A program made the translations under genes and the position numbers. A DNA stretch of 64,000 bases from Chloroflexota bacterium (lineage in GTDB: Bacteria > Chloroflexota > JAJPGV01): the NCBI GenBank assembly GCA_021325635.1, contig JAJPGV010000039.1:23668-87667 (forward strand). The letters run 5' to 3'. The notes under the pieces are model-generated. The model saw only the letters and a program-made list of their open reading frames with translations. It did no database searches and was not told the DNA's origin. Positions 46,384 through 56,956 of the stretch are shown one piece after another (within the stretch, counting starts at the first letter, position 1; each line of letters starts with the position of its first letter).

Positions 46384-48000
46384 TCAATATTCGGACATCG
46401 GTGAGGCCGTGGGCTGAGCGGGTCTCTTTTCCGGCTTTTCCGCGATCAGCGTCTCGGTGGTGAGCAGCATGGAGACTACGGAGGCGGCGTTCTGAAGAGC
46501 GGAGCGCGTGACCTTGGCCGGGTCCAGGATGCCCGCCTGGAACATGTCCACGAAACGGTCGTTCAGCGCGTCGTAGCCCTGGTTACTTGAGGCATGCTTC
46601 ACCTGCTCCACGATGACTGAGCCTTCCCGCCCGGCGTTGTAGGCAATCTGTCGCAGCGGCTCCTCCAGGGCACGCTTCACCAGCTGCACGCCCACACGCT
46701 CGTCACCTTCGAGTGTGACGTTGTTGAGGGCTCCGGCAGATTGGGCCAGGACCACTCCTCCGCCAGGCACGATGCCCTCCTCAACCGCGGCTCGGGTGGC
46801 CGACAGGGCGTCCTCGACGCGGTGCTTCTTCTCCTTCAGCTCCACCTCGGTGGCCGCGCCAACCTTGATCACGGCTACTCCACCCGACAGCTTGGCCAGC
46901 CGCTCCTGCAGCTTCTCCCGGTCGTAGTCCGAGGTCGTCTCCTCGATCTGCGCCTTGATCTGCTTCATCCGCGCCTGGATGGCTTCGGGGTTGCCAGCGC
47001 CCTGGACGATGACCGTCTTGTCCTTGTTGGCCGTCACGCGCCGAGCGTGGCCGAGCTGGTTCAGCTGAACGCTCTCCAGCCGCAGGCCCACCTCTTCGGT
47101 GATCACCTGGCCACCCGTCAGGATAGCGATGTCTTCCAGCATGGCCTTGCGCCGGTCGCCGAAGCCCGGTGCCTTCACGCCCAGCACGTTCAGCGTGCCG
47201 CGCAGCTTGTTCACTACCAGCGTGGCCAGCGCCTCGCCCTCGATGTCCTCGGCGATGATCAGCAGGCTGCGGCCACCCTGCACCACCTTCTCCAGCACCG
47301 GCAGCAGGTCGGCGATGGCCGAGATCTTCTTGTCGGTGATCAGGATGTAGGGGTCCTCGAGGACCGACTCCATACGATCGGGGTTGGTGATCATGTAGGG
47401 CGAGATGTAGCCCCGGTCGAACTCCATGCCCTCGACGTACTCGGTCTCAAAGCGCAAGCCACGGCCCTCTTCGACGGTGATCACGCCGTCCTTACCCACC
47501 TTCTCCATCACGTCGGCAATCAGCTGACCGATCTCCGGGTCGGCCGCGGAGATGCTGGCCACCTGGGCCGTCTCTTCCTTGGTGGTGATCTGCTTGCTGC
47601 GTGCGCGAACTTCCTCGACAATCGCGTCCACGGCCTTCTGGATGCCGTTCTTGAGGATCATCGGGTTGGCCCGGGCCGCCACGTTGCGCAGGCCTTCGTT
47701 GATCATCGCTTCCGCTAGGACCGTCGCGGTGGTGGTGCCGTCGCCGGCGACGTCGTTGGTCTTGGTGGCGACCTCCTTGAGGAGCTGCGCGCCCATGTTC
47801 TCGAACGGGTTCTCCAGCTCGATCTCCTTGGCGATGGTTACGCCATCGTTGGTAATCAGGGGAGCGCCAAACTTCTTGTCGAGCACCACGTTACGGCCCT
47901 TCGGTCCAAGCGTCGCCCGAACCGCCTCGGCCATGGTGTCGACCCCGCGCTTGAGATCGCGGCGCGCTTCCTCGTCGAACACAAGCTCTTTAGCAGCCAT
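46384..48000 (-). CDS. groL: Chaperonin GroEL
   Basis: [29 protein letters not shown]; lacks the GGM tail. Confidence 0.99.
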   Translation of the reverse strand: MAAKELVFDEEARRDLKRGVDTMAEAVRATLGPKGRNVVLDKKFGAPLITNDGVTIAKEIELENPFENMGAQLLKEVATKTNDVAGDGTTTATVLAEAMINEGLRNVAARANPMILKNGIQKAVDAIVEEVRARSKQITTKEETAQVASISAADPEIGQLIADVMEKVGKDGVITVEEGRGLRFETEYVEGMEFDRGYISPYMITNPDRMESVLEDPYILITDKKISAIADLLPVLEKVVQGGRSLLIIAEDIEGEALATLVVNKLRGTLNVLGVKAPGFGDRRKAMLEDIAILTGGQVITEEVGLRLESVQLNQLGHARRVTANKDKTVIVQGAGNPEAIQARMKQIKAQIEETTSDYDREKLQERLAKLSGGVAVIKVGAATEVELKEKKHRVEDALSATRAAVEEGIVPGGGVVLAQSAGALNNVTLEGDERVGVQLVKRALEEPLRQIAYNAGREGSVIVEQVKHASSNQGYDALNDRFVDMFQAGILDPAKVTRSALQNAASVVSMLLTTETLIAEKPEKRPAQPTASPMSEY

Positions 48001-48029
48001 CGCAGACTTCCTCTTTCAACTGTTGAGCC

Positions 48030-48338
48030 TCAGTCCTCGACGACGGCGAGGACGTCACGTTCGCTCACGATCAGGTGGTCCTCACCGTCGAGCGTGACCT
48101 CTGTTCCCACGTATTTGCCGAACAGCACCTGCGAGCCCTCCTTGACGTCAACCGGCAGGCGTTTGCCTTCTTCGGTCAGACGGCCGGGGCCAACAGCGAT
48201 CACCAGGCCCTGCTGCGGCTTTTCCTTGGCGGTATCGGGCAGGACGATTCCACCCTTGGATACCTCCTCGCGTTCCGAGGGCTTGAGCAGCAGGCGATCC
48301 GCCAGCGGCTTGACCTTGGTTGCCAATGCGACTGCCAT
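48030..48338 (-). CDS. groS: Co-chaperonin GroES
   Basis: KPLADR, GGIVLPDTAKEKPQQG.VIAVGPG. Confidence 0.98.
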   Translation of the reverse strand: MAVALATKVKPLADRLLLKPSEREEVSKGGIVLPDTAKEKPQQGLVIAVGPGRLTEEGKRLPVDVKEGSQVLFGKYVGTEVTLDGEDHLIVSERDVLAVVED

Positions 48339-48354
48339 TGTCGTCTCCTCAGCC

Positions 48355-49038
48355 TTAGACGTACGAGATCGTGATGCGGTTATCGACAGAGGTCACGCCC
48401 GGCGCAGACCAGGCCGCGCGCTCCGCCTCCTCCTTCTCGGCCCACGATCGGACAGTTCCTTTCAGGATGACCTTGGTACCCTGCACCTCCACGTTGATAC
48501 GCTGCACGTCGGTTTCGATGGTGCGCAGCAGCGCCTGCTCGATTTTCGCCTTGAGCTCCGACGGCGAGGGTGGTCCCGTCCGGGGCCGAACGACTATCAG
48601 GTTGGTCACACCAGTGACTCCGGTCAGGCGGCGCACCACCCGCTCCGCGTCTTCCTTCTGGAATTGCCACTCGACTTCCCCCTTGAGGGTCACCCAGCCT
48701 TTGGACACCGTGACGTCCAGTCGCTCGACCGGGACCAGAGCGTCCCATTCCAATGCCCGTATCGCTGCCGCGGCGATGTCGGCGTCGCTGCGCTCCGACG
48801 AGCTGGGCAGGCGGACCTCGATGTCGTTGGCCACGGCCTTGACGCCGCGCACGCGGTGGGCCGCGTCTTCGGCAGCCCACTTCTTGATGTAGGAATCCAC
48901 ATAGCCGGTGAGGGTGACAATGCCGTCCTTCACCGCGACGCCGATCTCATTGGGTTGGACGCGCGCATCCCAGCGCAGCTCAGAGAGGATGTCCTCCTGG
49001 ATCTGCGTATCGCTCCTGGTCTCCGTTGCGATTGCCAT
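48355..49038 (-). CDS. Triple BON-domain (OsmY-like) protein with no signal peptide
   Basis: Three BON repeats; GGAGG RBS before ATG at 49038. Confidence 0.92.
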   Translation of the reverse strand: MAIATETRSDTQIQEDILSELRWDARVQPNEIGVAVKDGIVTLTGYVDSYIKKWAAEDAAHRVRGVKAVANDIEVRLPSSSERSDADIAAAAIRALEWDALVPVERLDVTVSKGWVTLKGEVEWQFQKEDAERVVRRLTGVTGVTNLIVVRPRTGPPSPSELKAKIEQALLRTIETDVQRINVEVQGTKVILKGTVRSWAEKEEAERAAWSAPGVTSVDNRITISYV

Positions 49039-49222
49039 GGCTGCCTCCTCGTGAATCACGTTTTGCCTGGGCGAACGCCGGCTCACGCCTAATGAGTCAG
49101 GGTTAGGCCAGCGCTGCCCTCCTCGAAACCAACGCTAGCCAGGGCCGCGCAAGAGCCACGCTAGCGCCAAATAATGCGCTCGTTAGAAATGCGGCGACGT
49201 GGTGCGGACAATAGGCACGGGC

Positions 49223-50719
49223 TCAGGCGCCGGTGTCGGGATCGAGGACCTGGCGCTCGGGAACGACGTCCTCCACCCCGAGCCGTTCGTCCACTGCCGG
49301 AGAGAGGCTCAGCGGCGGGAGATAGGCGCCGACTCGCGTGCGCAGCCACCAGGCGCCGGTCTCTTTCCGTTCCCTCCAGGTCGTGAAGCGGTAGTGGTAG
49401 AGCAGCGCGCGAACGAACGCCGGAGGCCGATCGGGGAAGGGATTGCGGCGGAGCAGCCTCAGCGTCGGTCCATCGTTTTCCAGCAGCTTCTCTATCAGCG
49501 CCAGAATCCAGGGATGCGCCAGTGGGGTGGACATGGCCGCGAACCACATCAGCCAGTCCAGCCGCAAGTGATAGGGAGCGATCTGCGGAGGCCGGCGCCG
49601 GACGTCTCCGGGCTTACCCTTGAATTCGTACTCACGCCACACCGTGCCGGGCCCGACCTCGCGGTCAGTGCTTCCCTCGATGACGATCTCGTAGCGGGCC
49701 CTGGTGATGCTGCCGAAGGCGCCATACGTGTTCACCAGGTGGAAGGGATCGAAGCTCGCATTCATCAGCTGCCGGCGTGACAGCAGGTTGCGCACGGGCC
49801 AGTAGCTCAACACCACCACCAGCAGTGTGAACGCCAGGGTCAACCCTGCGCTCCACGGAGCAAGCGGCTGCAGAGCGCCGTGGCCAAACGGCAGCACCAG
49901 CTGCCACCAGCCGTCTCCCACCACGGCAAAGGCGAGGGTCATCGTGAGCGCGTTGAGCCAGGAGAAGTTCCCGGACAGGATCAACCACAGCTGGTGAACG
50001 ATCATCACCAGCGCGGCCGCGCTGGCCACCGGCTGCGGCGCAAACAGGGCAAAGGGCGCGACCAGCTGGCCGACGTGATTGCCCAGCACCTCGACCCTGT
50101 GGACAAGCTGGGGCAGATGGTGGAAGTACCAGCTCAGCGGATTCGGCATGGGCTGGGTCTCGTGATGGTAGAAGAGGCAGGTGAGATCGCGCCAGCACGG
50201 GTCGCCGCGAATCTTGATCAGGCCGGCCCCGAATTCCACCCGGAACAGCAGCCAGCGGACGAGCCACATCACCGTGACCGGCGGCGCCACCCGATCCGGG
50301 CCCAGGAAGATGGCAATCGCGCCGGCTTCGAGCAGCAGCGTCTCCCAGCCGAAGGCGTAAAAGGTCTGGCCGACATTCACTATCGAGAGGTACATCGACC
50401 ACAGCGCAAGCCACACCAGCATGAGCAGCCAGGCAGGTCCCTGCTGGGGCAGGCCAACCACCAGAGAGGCGGCCAGGACTATCCCAACCCACGAAACCAC
50501 GCGGAGCAGCCGATCTGAGTAGGCGAAATGGAACAGGCTGGGGGCGTGGCGCAACGGCACTATCCGCACGAAGCGCGACACCGGGAGGAGTCCGCGCTCT
50601 CCGAGCAGGGCCGGGAATTGGTTAACGGTGACCAGGAGAGCGATGAAGTAGACGGCCGCCAAGGCTCGCCCGAAGATGAACCGGCTGAGCCAGTAGTCGG
50701 ATGCCTGGAACCAATCCAA
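49223..50719 (-). CDS. Lipase maturation factor family membrane protein
   Basis: FGWETLLLEAG, GAGLIKIRGDPCWRDLTCL.YHHETQP.PNP, YHLRLDWLMWF. Confidence 0.93.
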   Translation of the reverse strand: MDWFQASDYWLSRFIFGRALAAVYFIALLVTVNQFPALLGERGLLPVSRFVRIVPLRHAPSLFHFAYSDRLLRVVSWVGIVLAASLVVGLPQQGPAWLLMLVWLALWSMYLSIVNVGQTFYAFGWETLLLEAGAIAIFLGPDRVAPPVTVMWLVRWLLFRVEFGAGLIKIRGDPCWRDLTCLFYHHETQPMPNPLSWYFHHLPQLVHRVEVLGNHVGQLVAPFALFAPQPVASAAALVMIVHQLWLILSGNFSWLNALTMTLAFAVVGDGWWQLVLPFGHGALQPLAPWSAGLTLAFTLLVVVLSYWPVRNLLSRRQLMNASFDPFHLVNTYGAFGSITRARYEIVIEGSTDREVGPGTVWREYEFKGKPGDVRRRPPQIAPYHLRLDWLMWFAAMSTPLAHPWILALIEKLLENDGPTLRLLRRNPFPDRPPAFVRALLYHYRFTTWRERKETGAWWLRTRVGAYLPPLSLSPAVDERLGVEDVVPERQVLDPDTGA

Positions 50720-50722
50720 CGT

Positions 50723-51571
50723 CTATCCTGCCGGCCGGCGAGCGGCCTCGCGCTGTGCGCCATGGCCGTGAGACGGGATGCACTCGCGCCGCTCGGGCTT
50801 CGGCTGGCAGGCCGGACACCAGTAGCTGCTGCGACCGTGGAAGCGGCTGCGCCTCAATGCCGTCCCGCAGCGCGGGCAGGTGGGCACGGGCTGGTCTCGC
50901 TGCCCTGTCAGCCAGCCAGGTCCGTTGGGTACATGTCCGAGCTCCACCGAGCGATCGAGCACATAGCGCAGCGCCTGGTGCAGCTCATCCCACTCTCGCT
51001 CTCGCAGGCTCGCACCGGCACGTTCCGGATGTAGTCTCGCCTGCCACAGGATCTCGTCGGACAGAATGTTGCCCAAGCCAGCGATCCGCTCCTGGTCCAT
51101 GAGCCCGGCCTTGAGGCCTCGACAGCGGCTCAGGATCGCCTCCAGCTCGCTCCTGCCAACGGTCAGCGCGTCAGGGCCGAGCGGCCCCATGACCGAAAGC
51201 CCCTGCTCGCGATCCGACGCCAGCCAAACGCCCTGCAGCTTGCGCTGGTCGTGGTAGATCAACCAGCCATTTTCCAAGACGAACGTGACGCGGTCGTGAG
51301 CATGGGGACCGCTGACGGATTCCATCCATTCGAGACAGCCGCTCATACCGAAATGAAAGAGGACCACTGGCCCTTCCAGCGGCGCGAGGAGCCATTTGCC
51401 CCAGCGCTCAGGATCCTCGAACCGACGCCCCATCACGGCCTGATTCAGCTCCTCGGGCGTGAGGTTGCGCAGCACCGCTGCGTCCGCCACGGTCACCTGC
51501 CGCACACGATAGCCCTGCGCATGCCGCGCCAGGCAACGTCGGTAGGATTCGACTTCAGGCAGCTCGGGCAT
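50723..51571 (-). CDS. Fpg/Nei family DNA glycosylase/AP lyase
   Basis: MPELPEVE N-terminus, HFGMSG, H2TH GLGNILSDEILW, zinc finger CPRC...CPACQ. Confidence 0.95.
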   Translation of the reverse strand: MPELPEVESYRRCLARHAQGYRVRQVTVADAAVLRNLTPEELNQAVMGRRFEDPERWGKWLLAPLEGPVVLFHFGMSGCLEWMESVSGPHAHDRVTFVLENGWLIYHDQRKLQGVWLASDREQGLSVMGPLGPDALTVGRSELEAILSRCRGLKAGLMDQERIAGLGNILSDEILWQARLHPERAGASLREREWDELHQALRYVLDRSVELGHVPNGPGWLTGQRDQPVPTCPRCGTALRRSRFHGRSSYWCPACQPKPERRECIPSHGHGAQREAARRPAG

Positions 51572-51631
51572 CCCGCACCCAAGAGGAACTCGCCGCATGG
51601 CACATGCCGCGCCCCAGCGCTCTTGGTCGCT

Positions 51632-52525
51632 TCAGGCCATGGCCGGGATGCCCGCGCCGGACAGGGAATAGCCGCGCCGCGGCCAGTCGGCCCATGCGTC
51701 GCCGTGCTCGTCCAGGTAGTCGCACGCGTTTCGCAGGGTGAAGCTCCTGGGGCCAGTGCCGTCGCGCTCGAATGCCGGCCAGCTCAGCGGCATGGCCACC
51801 GGGGCGCCGCGGATTGGACGGGCGGCATAGGGCGCGACGGCGGGCTGCCCGTAGGCGTTGCGCATGACGTCAACCAGCAGGCGACCATTCCGCTTGTCCT
51901 TGCGCGCCTCGGTCGTCCGGCGTCCCGGATCGCGACTCACCAGCGCTTGGGCCAGGGTACGAGCGAACGATCGCACCTCGTCGAAGCCGGCGCTTCTATC
52001 CAGCGGCACCACGACGTGGGCACCCCTGGAACCGGTGGTCTTCACGAACGTTCCCAAACCCTGAGAGGCACAGAGTTGTCGTAGGTCCACCGCGGCGCTG
52101 CGCACGACGGAGAAGTCATCGTCGCCAGGGTCGAGATCGAAGATCATCTGGTCCGGGCGATCCAGCCGGTCCACGCGGCTCAGCCAGACGTGGATCGTGA
52201 TGCAAGCCTGGGCTGCGAGATAGACGATGGCCGCCAGGTTGTTGCACACCGCATGCGTCACTTCGCCGCCCTGCTTGTTGACGGTTGCCCGGGGAATCCA
52301 TTCCGGAAAGTACCGCGGTACGTCCTTCTGGATGAAGCCCTCTGCCTCGATGCCGTCGGGGAAGCGCTCCATCATCACCGGCCGATCCCGCACGTGGTTG
52401 AGCATCAGCGGGCCTACCCGCCGGTAGTAGTCCACCAGCTCGGCCTTGGTGATGCCGTCGTCCGGGAAGAGCACCTTGGCCGGACGCGACAGCTCGAAGG
52501 CATACGGTCCGATCCGCAGCTTCAT
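51632..52525 (-). CDS. LigD primase-polymerase domain (stand-alone)
   Basis: KVLFPDDGITK.EL.DYY, RFPDGI, FDLDP, KTTGSRG.H, PVAMPLSW. Confidence 0.93.
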   Translation of the reverse strand: MKLRIGPYAFELSRPAKVLFPDDGITKAELVDYYRRVGPLMLNHVRDRPVMMERFPDGIEAEGFIQKDVPRYFPEWIPRATVNKQGGEVTHAVCNNLAAIVYLAAQACITIHVWLSRVDRLDRPDQMIFDLDPGDDDFSVVRSAAVDLRQLCASQGLGTFVKTTGSRGAHVVVPLDRSAGFDEVRSFARTLAQALVSRDPGRRTTEARKDKRNGRLLVDVMRNAYGQPAVAPYAARPIRGAPVAMPLSWPAFERDGTGPRSFTLRNACDYLDEHGDAWADWPRRGYSLSGAGIPAMA

Positions 52526-53523
52526 TGCGCCACCTCCCGGACCACTGCCTCAGCCGGCTTGTCGAAGCGCAATCCCAAGAAGCGCGGGTGGCGCAGCTTG
52601 CCATCGTCCGTCCATTCGGTGAAGCCAACCTCGGCCACCAGCTCAGGACGAACCCAGTGCGCAGCCCGCTCTTTCACCGGCTCGGCAAAGGGTGAGGACG
52701 GCATCTCCATCTCACGCAGGCGCTGGCCCAGCTCCAGAAGGGTGCGCGTGTCGTAGCCGGTGCCGACCTTGCCGGCGTAGCGCAGCCGGCCATCTTCGTA
52801 GTAGCCGATCAGCAGCGCGCCGAAACCCACGCGACTTCTTCTCGGATCCGTGAAACCGCCGATGACGAATTCCTGCTGGTTCACACACTTGAACTTCAGC
52901 CAGGCGGTCGACCGGCGCTGCACGTAGGAGCTGTCCGCGCGCTTGGCGATCACGCCCTCCCAGCCCCTGGCGCACGCATCCCGAAAAGCCGCCTCGCCCT
53001 CGGCGTCCCAATGCGTGGTGAAACGCAGCGGGTCGGCATACGAAAGAGCGCGCTCCAGCAGGAGCTTGCGACAGCGCAGTCCCAGCGCGGTGGTGTCGTA
53101 CCCACCCACGTACGGCACGTCGAAGACGTAGTAGGAAACCGCGACGCCGCTGCGGCGCGCGGCGTTGGCGTCGCTCAGCTGCATGCGCCGCTGCAGCAGC
53201 GAGAAGCTGGCGACGGTGCCTTCGAGCGCCACGATTTCGCCGTCGACGATGAAGTCCGTGCGGCGCTGGGCGGCGAGGGCCGCGGCGATCTCGGGATAGG
53301 TCTGATTCAGCAGCCTCTGGTTCCTGGAATAGAGACGGACACCATCCTTCTTGCGGAAAGCCAGACAGCGCTCGCCGTCGAACTTCAGCTCGAACAGCCA
53401 GTTGGGATCGGAGAAGCGGCGATGCGTGAGTGTTGCCAGCATGGGGTTGATCCATTCCGGCTGCGGGCACCTCTTCAGCTTGGCGCGCTCCTCGGACGGC
53501 AGGCTGGACAGCAGCTCGTTCAT
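52522..53523 (-). CDS. LigD-type ATP-dependent DNA ligase domain (stand-alone)
   Basis: ELKFDGER, DGEIV, EGVIAKR, WLKFKC, LRHPRFLGLR.DK. Confidence 0.93.
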   Translation of the reverse strand: MNELLSSLPSEERAKLKRCPQPEWINPMLATLTHRRFSDPNWLFELKFDGERCLAFRKKDGVRLYSRNQRLLNQTYPEIAAALAAQRRTDFIVDGEIVALEGTVASFSLLQRRMQLSDANAARRSGVAVSYYVFDVPYVGGYDTTALGLRCRKLLLERALSYADPLRFTTHWDAEGEAAFRDACARGWEGVIAKRADSSYVQRRSTAWLKFKCVNQQEFVIGGFTDPRRSRVGFGALLIGYYEDGRLRYAGKVGTGYDTRTLLELGQRLREMEMPSSPFAEPVKERAAHWVRPELVAEVGFTEWTDDGKLRHPRFLGLRFDKPAEAVVREVAQ

Positions 53524-54140
53524 GCCCTGGCAGCCTTTCCGCCAGCTGCCATCTGCTTGCCCTCGATCTGCTCGATCGTTCGGCCGGTAAGCACCGACTC
53601 AGGCCGGCGCGAAACCACGTCGAAGCTGGGATCAGCGTGCTCGTCATTCATCTTGACCAGCAGCCAGATCGGCTTCCTGCCGTCGCGGATTCGCGTCAGT
53701 GCGAAGCCACCCTTGAGCTTCTGCCCCTCCAGCCACACGGCAACGTGGCCGCTCGCAATGGCTTCATCCATGGGCACGAGCTTGCCGTCCCGCTCAGTCA
53801 GGTTGCGATAGCGGCCGGCGTCCCACACAATCACGCGGCCTGCGCCGTACTCGCCCGCCGGGATGATCCCTTCGAACTTCCGGTACTCGAGCGGATGATC
53901 TTCGGTCGGGACAGCGAGCCGCTTATCGCGTGGGTTCAGCGACGGCCCCTTGGGCACCGACCACGACTTCAATACCCCATCTACCGCCAAGCGGAAGTCG
54001 TAATGCAGCCGGCTGGCCTGATGCTTCTGGACCACGAACAGCGGCTCATTCGACTTACTCGTCTCTCCTCCCGGCGGTTCGGGCGTGCGGTCGAAGTGCC
54101 GCTTACCCCGATATTCGACCAAAGAGCTGTGGGGAGACAT
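53520..54140 (-). CDS. LigD 3'-phosphoesterase domain (stand-alone)
   Basis: FVVQKHQASRLHYDFRL, SWSVPKGPS, TEDHPLEY, YGAG.VIVWD. Confidence 0.95.
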   Translation of the reverse strand: MSPHSSLVEYRGKRHFDRTPEPPGGETSKSNEPLFVVQKHQASRLHYDFRLAVDGVLKSWSVPKGPSLNPRDKRLAVPTEDHPLEYRKFEGIIPAGEYGAGRVIVWDAGRYRNLTERDGKLVPMDEAIASGHVAVWLEGQKLKGGFALTRIRDGRKPIWLLVKMNDEHADPSFDVVSRRPESVLTGRTIEQIEGKQMAAGGKAARA

Positions 54141-54215
54141 GGCTCACGGAACGAGGCCGCACGCGCTGTGCCACATGCGACAGGCGCGGGGCATGACAAC
54201 TGCGGCGCCGAAAGT

Positions 54216-54557
54216 ATGAGTCGACCCAAGAAAGATCTTCGCCAGTTTCCATCCGCCTACGAGGCGCGACAGTATCTGCCCGATCTCGCACGTCTTCTGA
54301 CCCCGGAGGAGCTCAAGCTCATACCGATATGGAAGGGCAGGCGCTTCCGCCGCGGCATCATGTACCTGGACCTGGACAATTTGAAGCGCGGGCCCTTCGT
54401 CGCCAGCGGCGATGAAGGGATTCCGGAAGACTACACCTACACCTGCCGGACGCGCGTTCCCGAAGAAATCTGGGCGAAGCTCGCGTCGTTCGCACAAGCT
54501 GCTGCCGCTGGAGCCAAGTCAGCCGGCCAGGATCGTTCGGTCAGCGTCGCAAGCTGA
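54216..54557 (+). CDS. Hypothetical protein
   Basis: ATG at 54216 (MSRPKKDL); globular-looking 113-aa sequence (IPIWKG...YLDL....GPFVASGDE). Confidence 0.6.
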   Translation: MSRPKKDLRQFPSAYEARQYLPDLARLLTPEELKLIPIWKGRRFRRGIMYLDLDNLKRGPFVASGDEGIPEDYTYTCRTRVPEEIWAKLASFAQAAAAGAKSAGQDRSVSVAS

Positions 54558-54810
54558 TCTGCCCGTCGATCTCTTCGAGCTCGATTCCCTGCTTGGCCAG
54601 GTACCGGCGCAGCCCTTCCAGGTCGGCGAAGTAGCCCGTCTGCGGTGGCTCCTCTTCCGGCTGGAGGCGCTTCACCCGGCCTGTTGCCAGGTTCACCAAC
54701 CTGCAGCCGCGCTCGATATTCGGAGCAAAGAACACGTTGACACCTTTGCCTTGCAGCTCATGCGGATCGCGCACGTCCAGATTGTTTTCAGCCCACTCAA
54801 ATCCGGTCAC
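54541..54810 (-). CDS. Hypothetical protein
   Basis: GAGGAGG RBS before GTG; 89 aa. Confidence 0.55.
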   Translation of the reverse strand: MTGFEWAENNLDVRDPHELQGKGVNVFFAPNIERGCRLVNLATGRVKRLQPEEEPPQTGYFADLEGLRRYLAKQGIELEEIDGQISLRR

Positions 54811-55092
54811 AGTCCCTCCTCGCGGAGGCCGGTCAACATGTCCGGCTCAGCCAGCAACAACCGATCCTCCGAACAGGGGAGCCGCACTCTGCATGCCCCC
54901 TGGCCGCCGCCGCGCGCCGCTCATCCGCTATCCAACCCCGCGACAGCCCGGATAGGACCCACTTCCATCGCTCCTCCAACTCAAGATTTGTGTGCCTCCC
55001 ACATCCACAAGCCACAGTCACAGCACGAAACGGGACCAGCTCTATCACCCAAGGGACGATGATGCCCGCAATTGGGCAGGAAGGAGCGCCGA

Positions 55093-55812
55093 ATGAGCCT
55101 AGGACGTCCTCGCTATCGTGATCGCCGCCAGGCCGGAGAAGTGCTCGCTGAGCGGCTGACAGCCTACGCCAACCGGCCCGACGTGGTCGTGCTGGCGCTG
55201 CCACGGGGAGGCGTGCCGGTGGGTTATGAAATCGCCCGGCGGCTGCACGCGCCGCTGGACGTCTTCCTGGTCCGCAAGATCGGCGTCCCCGGCCACGAGG
55301 AGCTGGGCATGGGAGCAGTGGCCAGCGGCGGTCTCCTCGTTCTCAACAGAGGGCTGGTGCAGTCGCTGGGGATCACGGAGCCGGTGCTCAGGGAGGTCGT
55401 GACCAAGGAGCTTCGCGAGCTGGATCGCCGCGAGCAGCGCTACCGGCAGGGGCGGCCACCCCCGTCACTCACAGGCAAGACGCTCATCCTGGTGGACGAC
55501 GGGTTAGCCACGGGATCGTCGATGCGCGCAGCGACCGAAGCGCTGCGACAGCTGGGACCTGCCAAGATCGTCGTCGCTGTGCCCATCGCGGAGCCCGAAA
55601 CATGTGAAGAGTTCCGCGCCGAGGTCGACGAGGTAGTGTGCGCGGCAACACCCGAACCCTTCTTATCCGTAGGCCTGTGGTACGAGGATTTCACCCAGAC
55701 GAGCGACGCGGAGGTGGAGGAGCTGCTGCACCGCGCTCGGGAAGAGCTCGCCGGTCGGACCATTCGCGATCCAGTACAGCCGGCTGACAGCCGCGAGGAG
55801 TCGACGCCGTGA
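55093..55812 (+). CDS. Phosphoribosyltransferase-domain protein
   Basis: LALPRGGVPV, RKIGVPGHEEL, LVDDGLATG. Confidence 0.92.
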   Translation: MSLGRPRYRDRRQAGEVLAERLTAYANRPDVVVLALPRGGVPVGYEIARRLHAPLDVFLVRKIGVPGHEELGMGAVASGGLLVLNRGLVQSLGITEPVLREVVTKELRELDRREQRYRQGRPPPSLTGKTLILVDDGLATGSSMRAATEALRQLGPAKIVVAVPIAEPETCEEFRAEVDEVVCAATPEPFLSVGLWYEDFTQTSDAEVEELLHRAREELAGRTIRDPVQPADSREESTP

Positions 55813-56495
55813 CCAAGGAGAGCGAGATGAATCGAATAGCGGGGCCGGCAGAGCGCCAGCAGGTCACGATCCCGCTGGCAGCCGGTGAAATCGAAGGACA
55901 TCTGACACTGCCCTCCAGCGCTCATGCGCTGGTCCTGTTCGCACACGGCAGCGGCAGCAGCCGCCTGAGCCCACGCAATCGCTTCGTCGCACACGTCCTC
56001 AATGAAGCGCGGCTGGGAACGCTCCTGCTCGACCTGCTGACGCCGAGCGAAGAGCTGATCGACGAACAAACGGCCGAGCTGCGATTCAACATCGACCTAC
56101 TGGCGGCTCGGCTCATCGCCGCGAGCCGCTGGCTGAGACAGAACGACCAGCCGGCTGGCTTGAAGCTTGGCTACTTCGGCGCCAGCACCGGCGCTGCCGC
56201 GGCGCTGGAGGCAGCGGCGGAGCTGCAGGATGACGTGGGAGCCATCGTGTCGCGTGGCGGCCGGCCGGATCTGGCAGCGTCGTATCTCGCCCGCGTTCGC
56301 GCGCCAACGCTGCTGATCGTGGGCGGCAAGGACGCGCTGGTACTGGATCTGAACCGCCGTGCGCTCGACGCACTCAAGGTGGAGAAACGGATGGAGATTG
56401 TGCCTGGGGCCACGCACCTGTTCGAGGAGCCGGGCGCGCTGGAGCGCGTGGCGCTGCTCGCACGCGATTGGTTCCAGCACTATCTCGGCGCCTGA
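55809..56495 (+). CDS. Dienelactone hydrolase-like alpha/beta hydrolase
   Basis: FAHGSGSSRLSPRN, GYFGASTG, SRGGRPDLA, GATHLFEE. Confidence 0.92.
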   Translation: MTKESEMNRIAGPAERQQVTIPLAAGEIEGHLTLPSSAHALVLFAHGSGSSRLSPRNRFVAHVLNEARLGTLLLDLLTPSEELIDEQTAELRFNIDLLAARLIAASRWLRQNDQPAGLKLGYFGASTGAAAALEAAAELQDDVGAIVSRGGRPDLAASYLARVRAPTLLIVGGKDALVLDLNRRALDALKVEKRMEIVPGATHLFEEPGALERVALLARDWFQHYLGA

Positions 56496-56497
56496 CG

Positions 56498-56956
56498 CTA
56501 GTCGACCGACGCGATCGTCACCTCCTGCCGGCCGGATGGTGTGACCATCTCTACGCGATCCCCCGGCCGCTTACCGAGCAAGCTGGCTCCGAGTGGCGAT
56601 TCGGTGGTGATCCAACCACGCTCCGGATCCGCCCCAACCGATCCAACGATGACGTAGGTCGACCGGGCCTGACCGTCGTCCACCGTAACCGTGGAGCCCA
56701 CGTCTGCCACGCCTCCGGACGAGCCTTTGGGAACGATCTCGGCCTCGGCAAGCCAGCCGCGAAGGGCAGCTTCACGGCGCTCCAGCGCCTCTAGCTGGTC
56801 GGTGACCCCATCGTCCGTGCGATCGTCGAAGCCGATCTCGTCTCGAAGCTCAGCCAGCAGCCGCAGCAGCTCCGGTTTCTTCACTGTCTCCAGCTCGTTC
56901 AGCTCCCGTTCCAGCTCGTCGTGGACTTCCGGAATGACGCACACCCGGCTAGCCAT
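56498..56956 (-). CDS. GreA/GreB-family RNA polymerase secondary-channel factor with an atypical tip (Gfh1-like)
   Basis: N-terminal coiled coil; C-terminal VGSTV.V...YVIVG, ITTESPLGASLLGK..GD.V...PSG. Confidence 0.85.
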   Translation of the reverse strand: MASRVCVIPEVHDELERELNELETVKKPELLRLLAELRDEIGFDDRTDDGVTDQLEALERREAALRGWLAEAEIVPKGSSGGVADVGSTVTVDDGQARSTYVIVGSVGADPERGWITTESPLGASLLGKRPGDRVEMVTPSGRQEVTIASVD

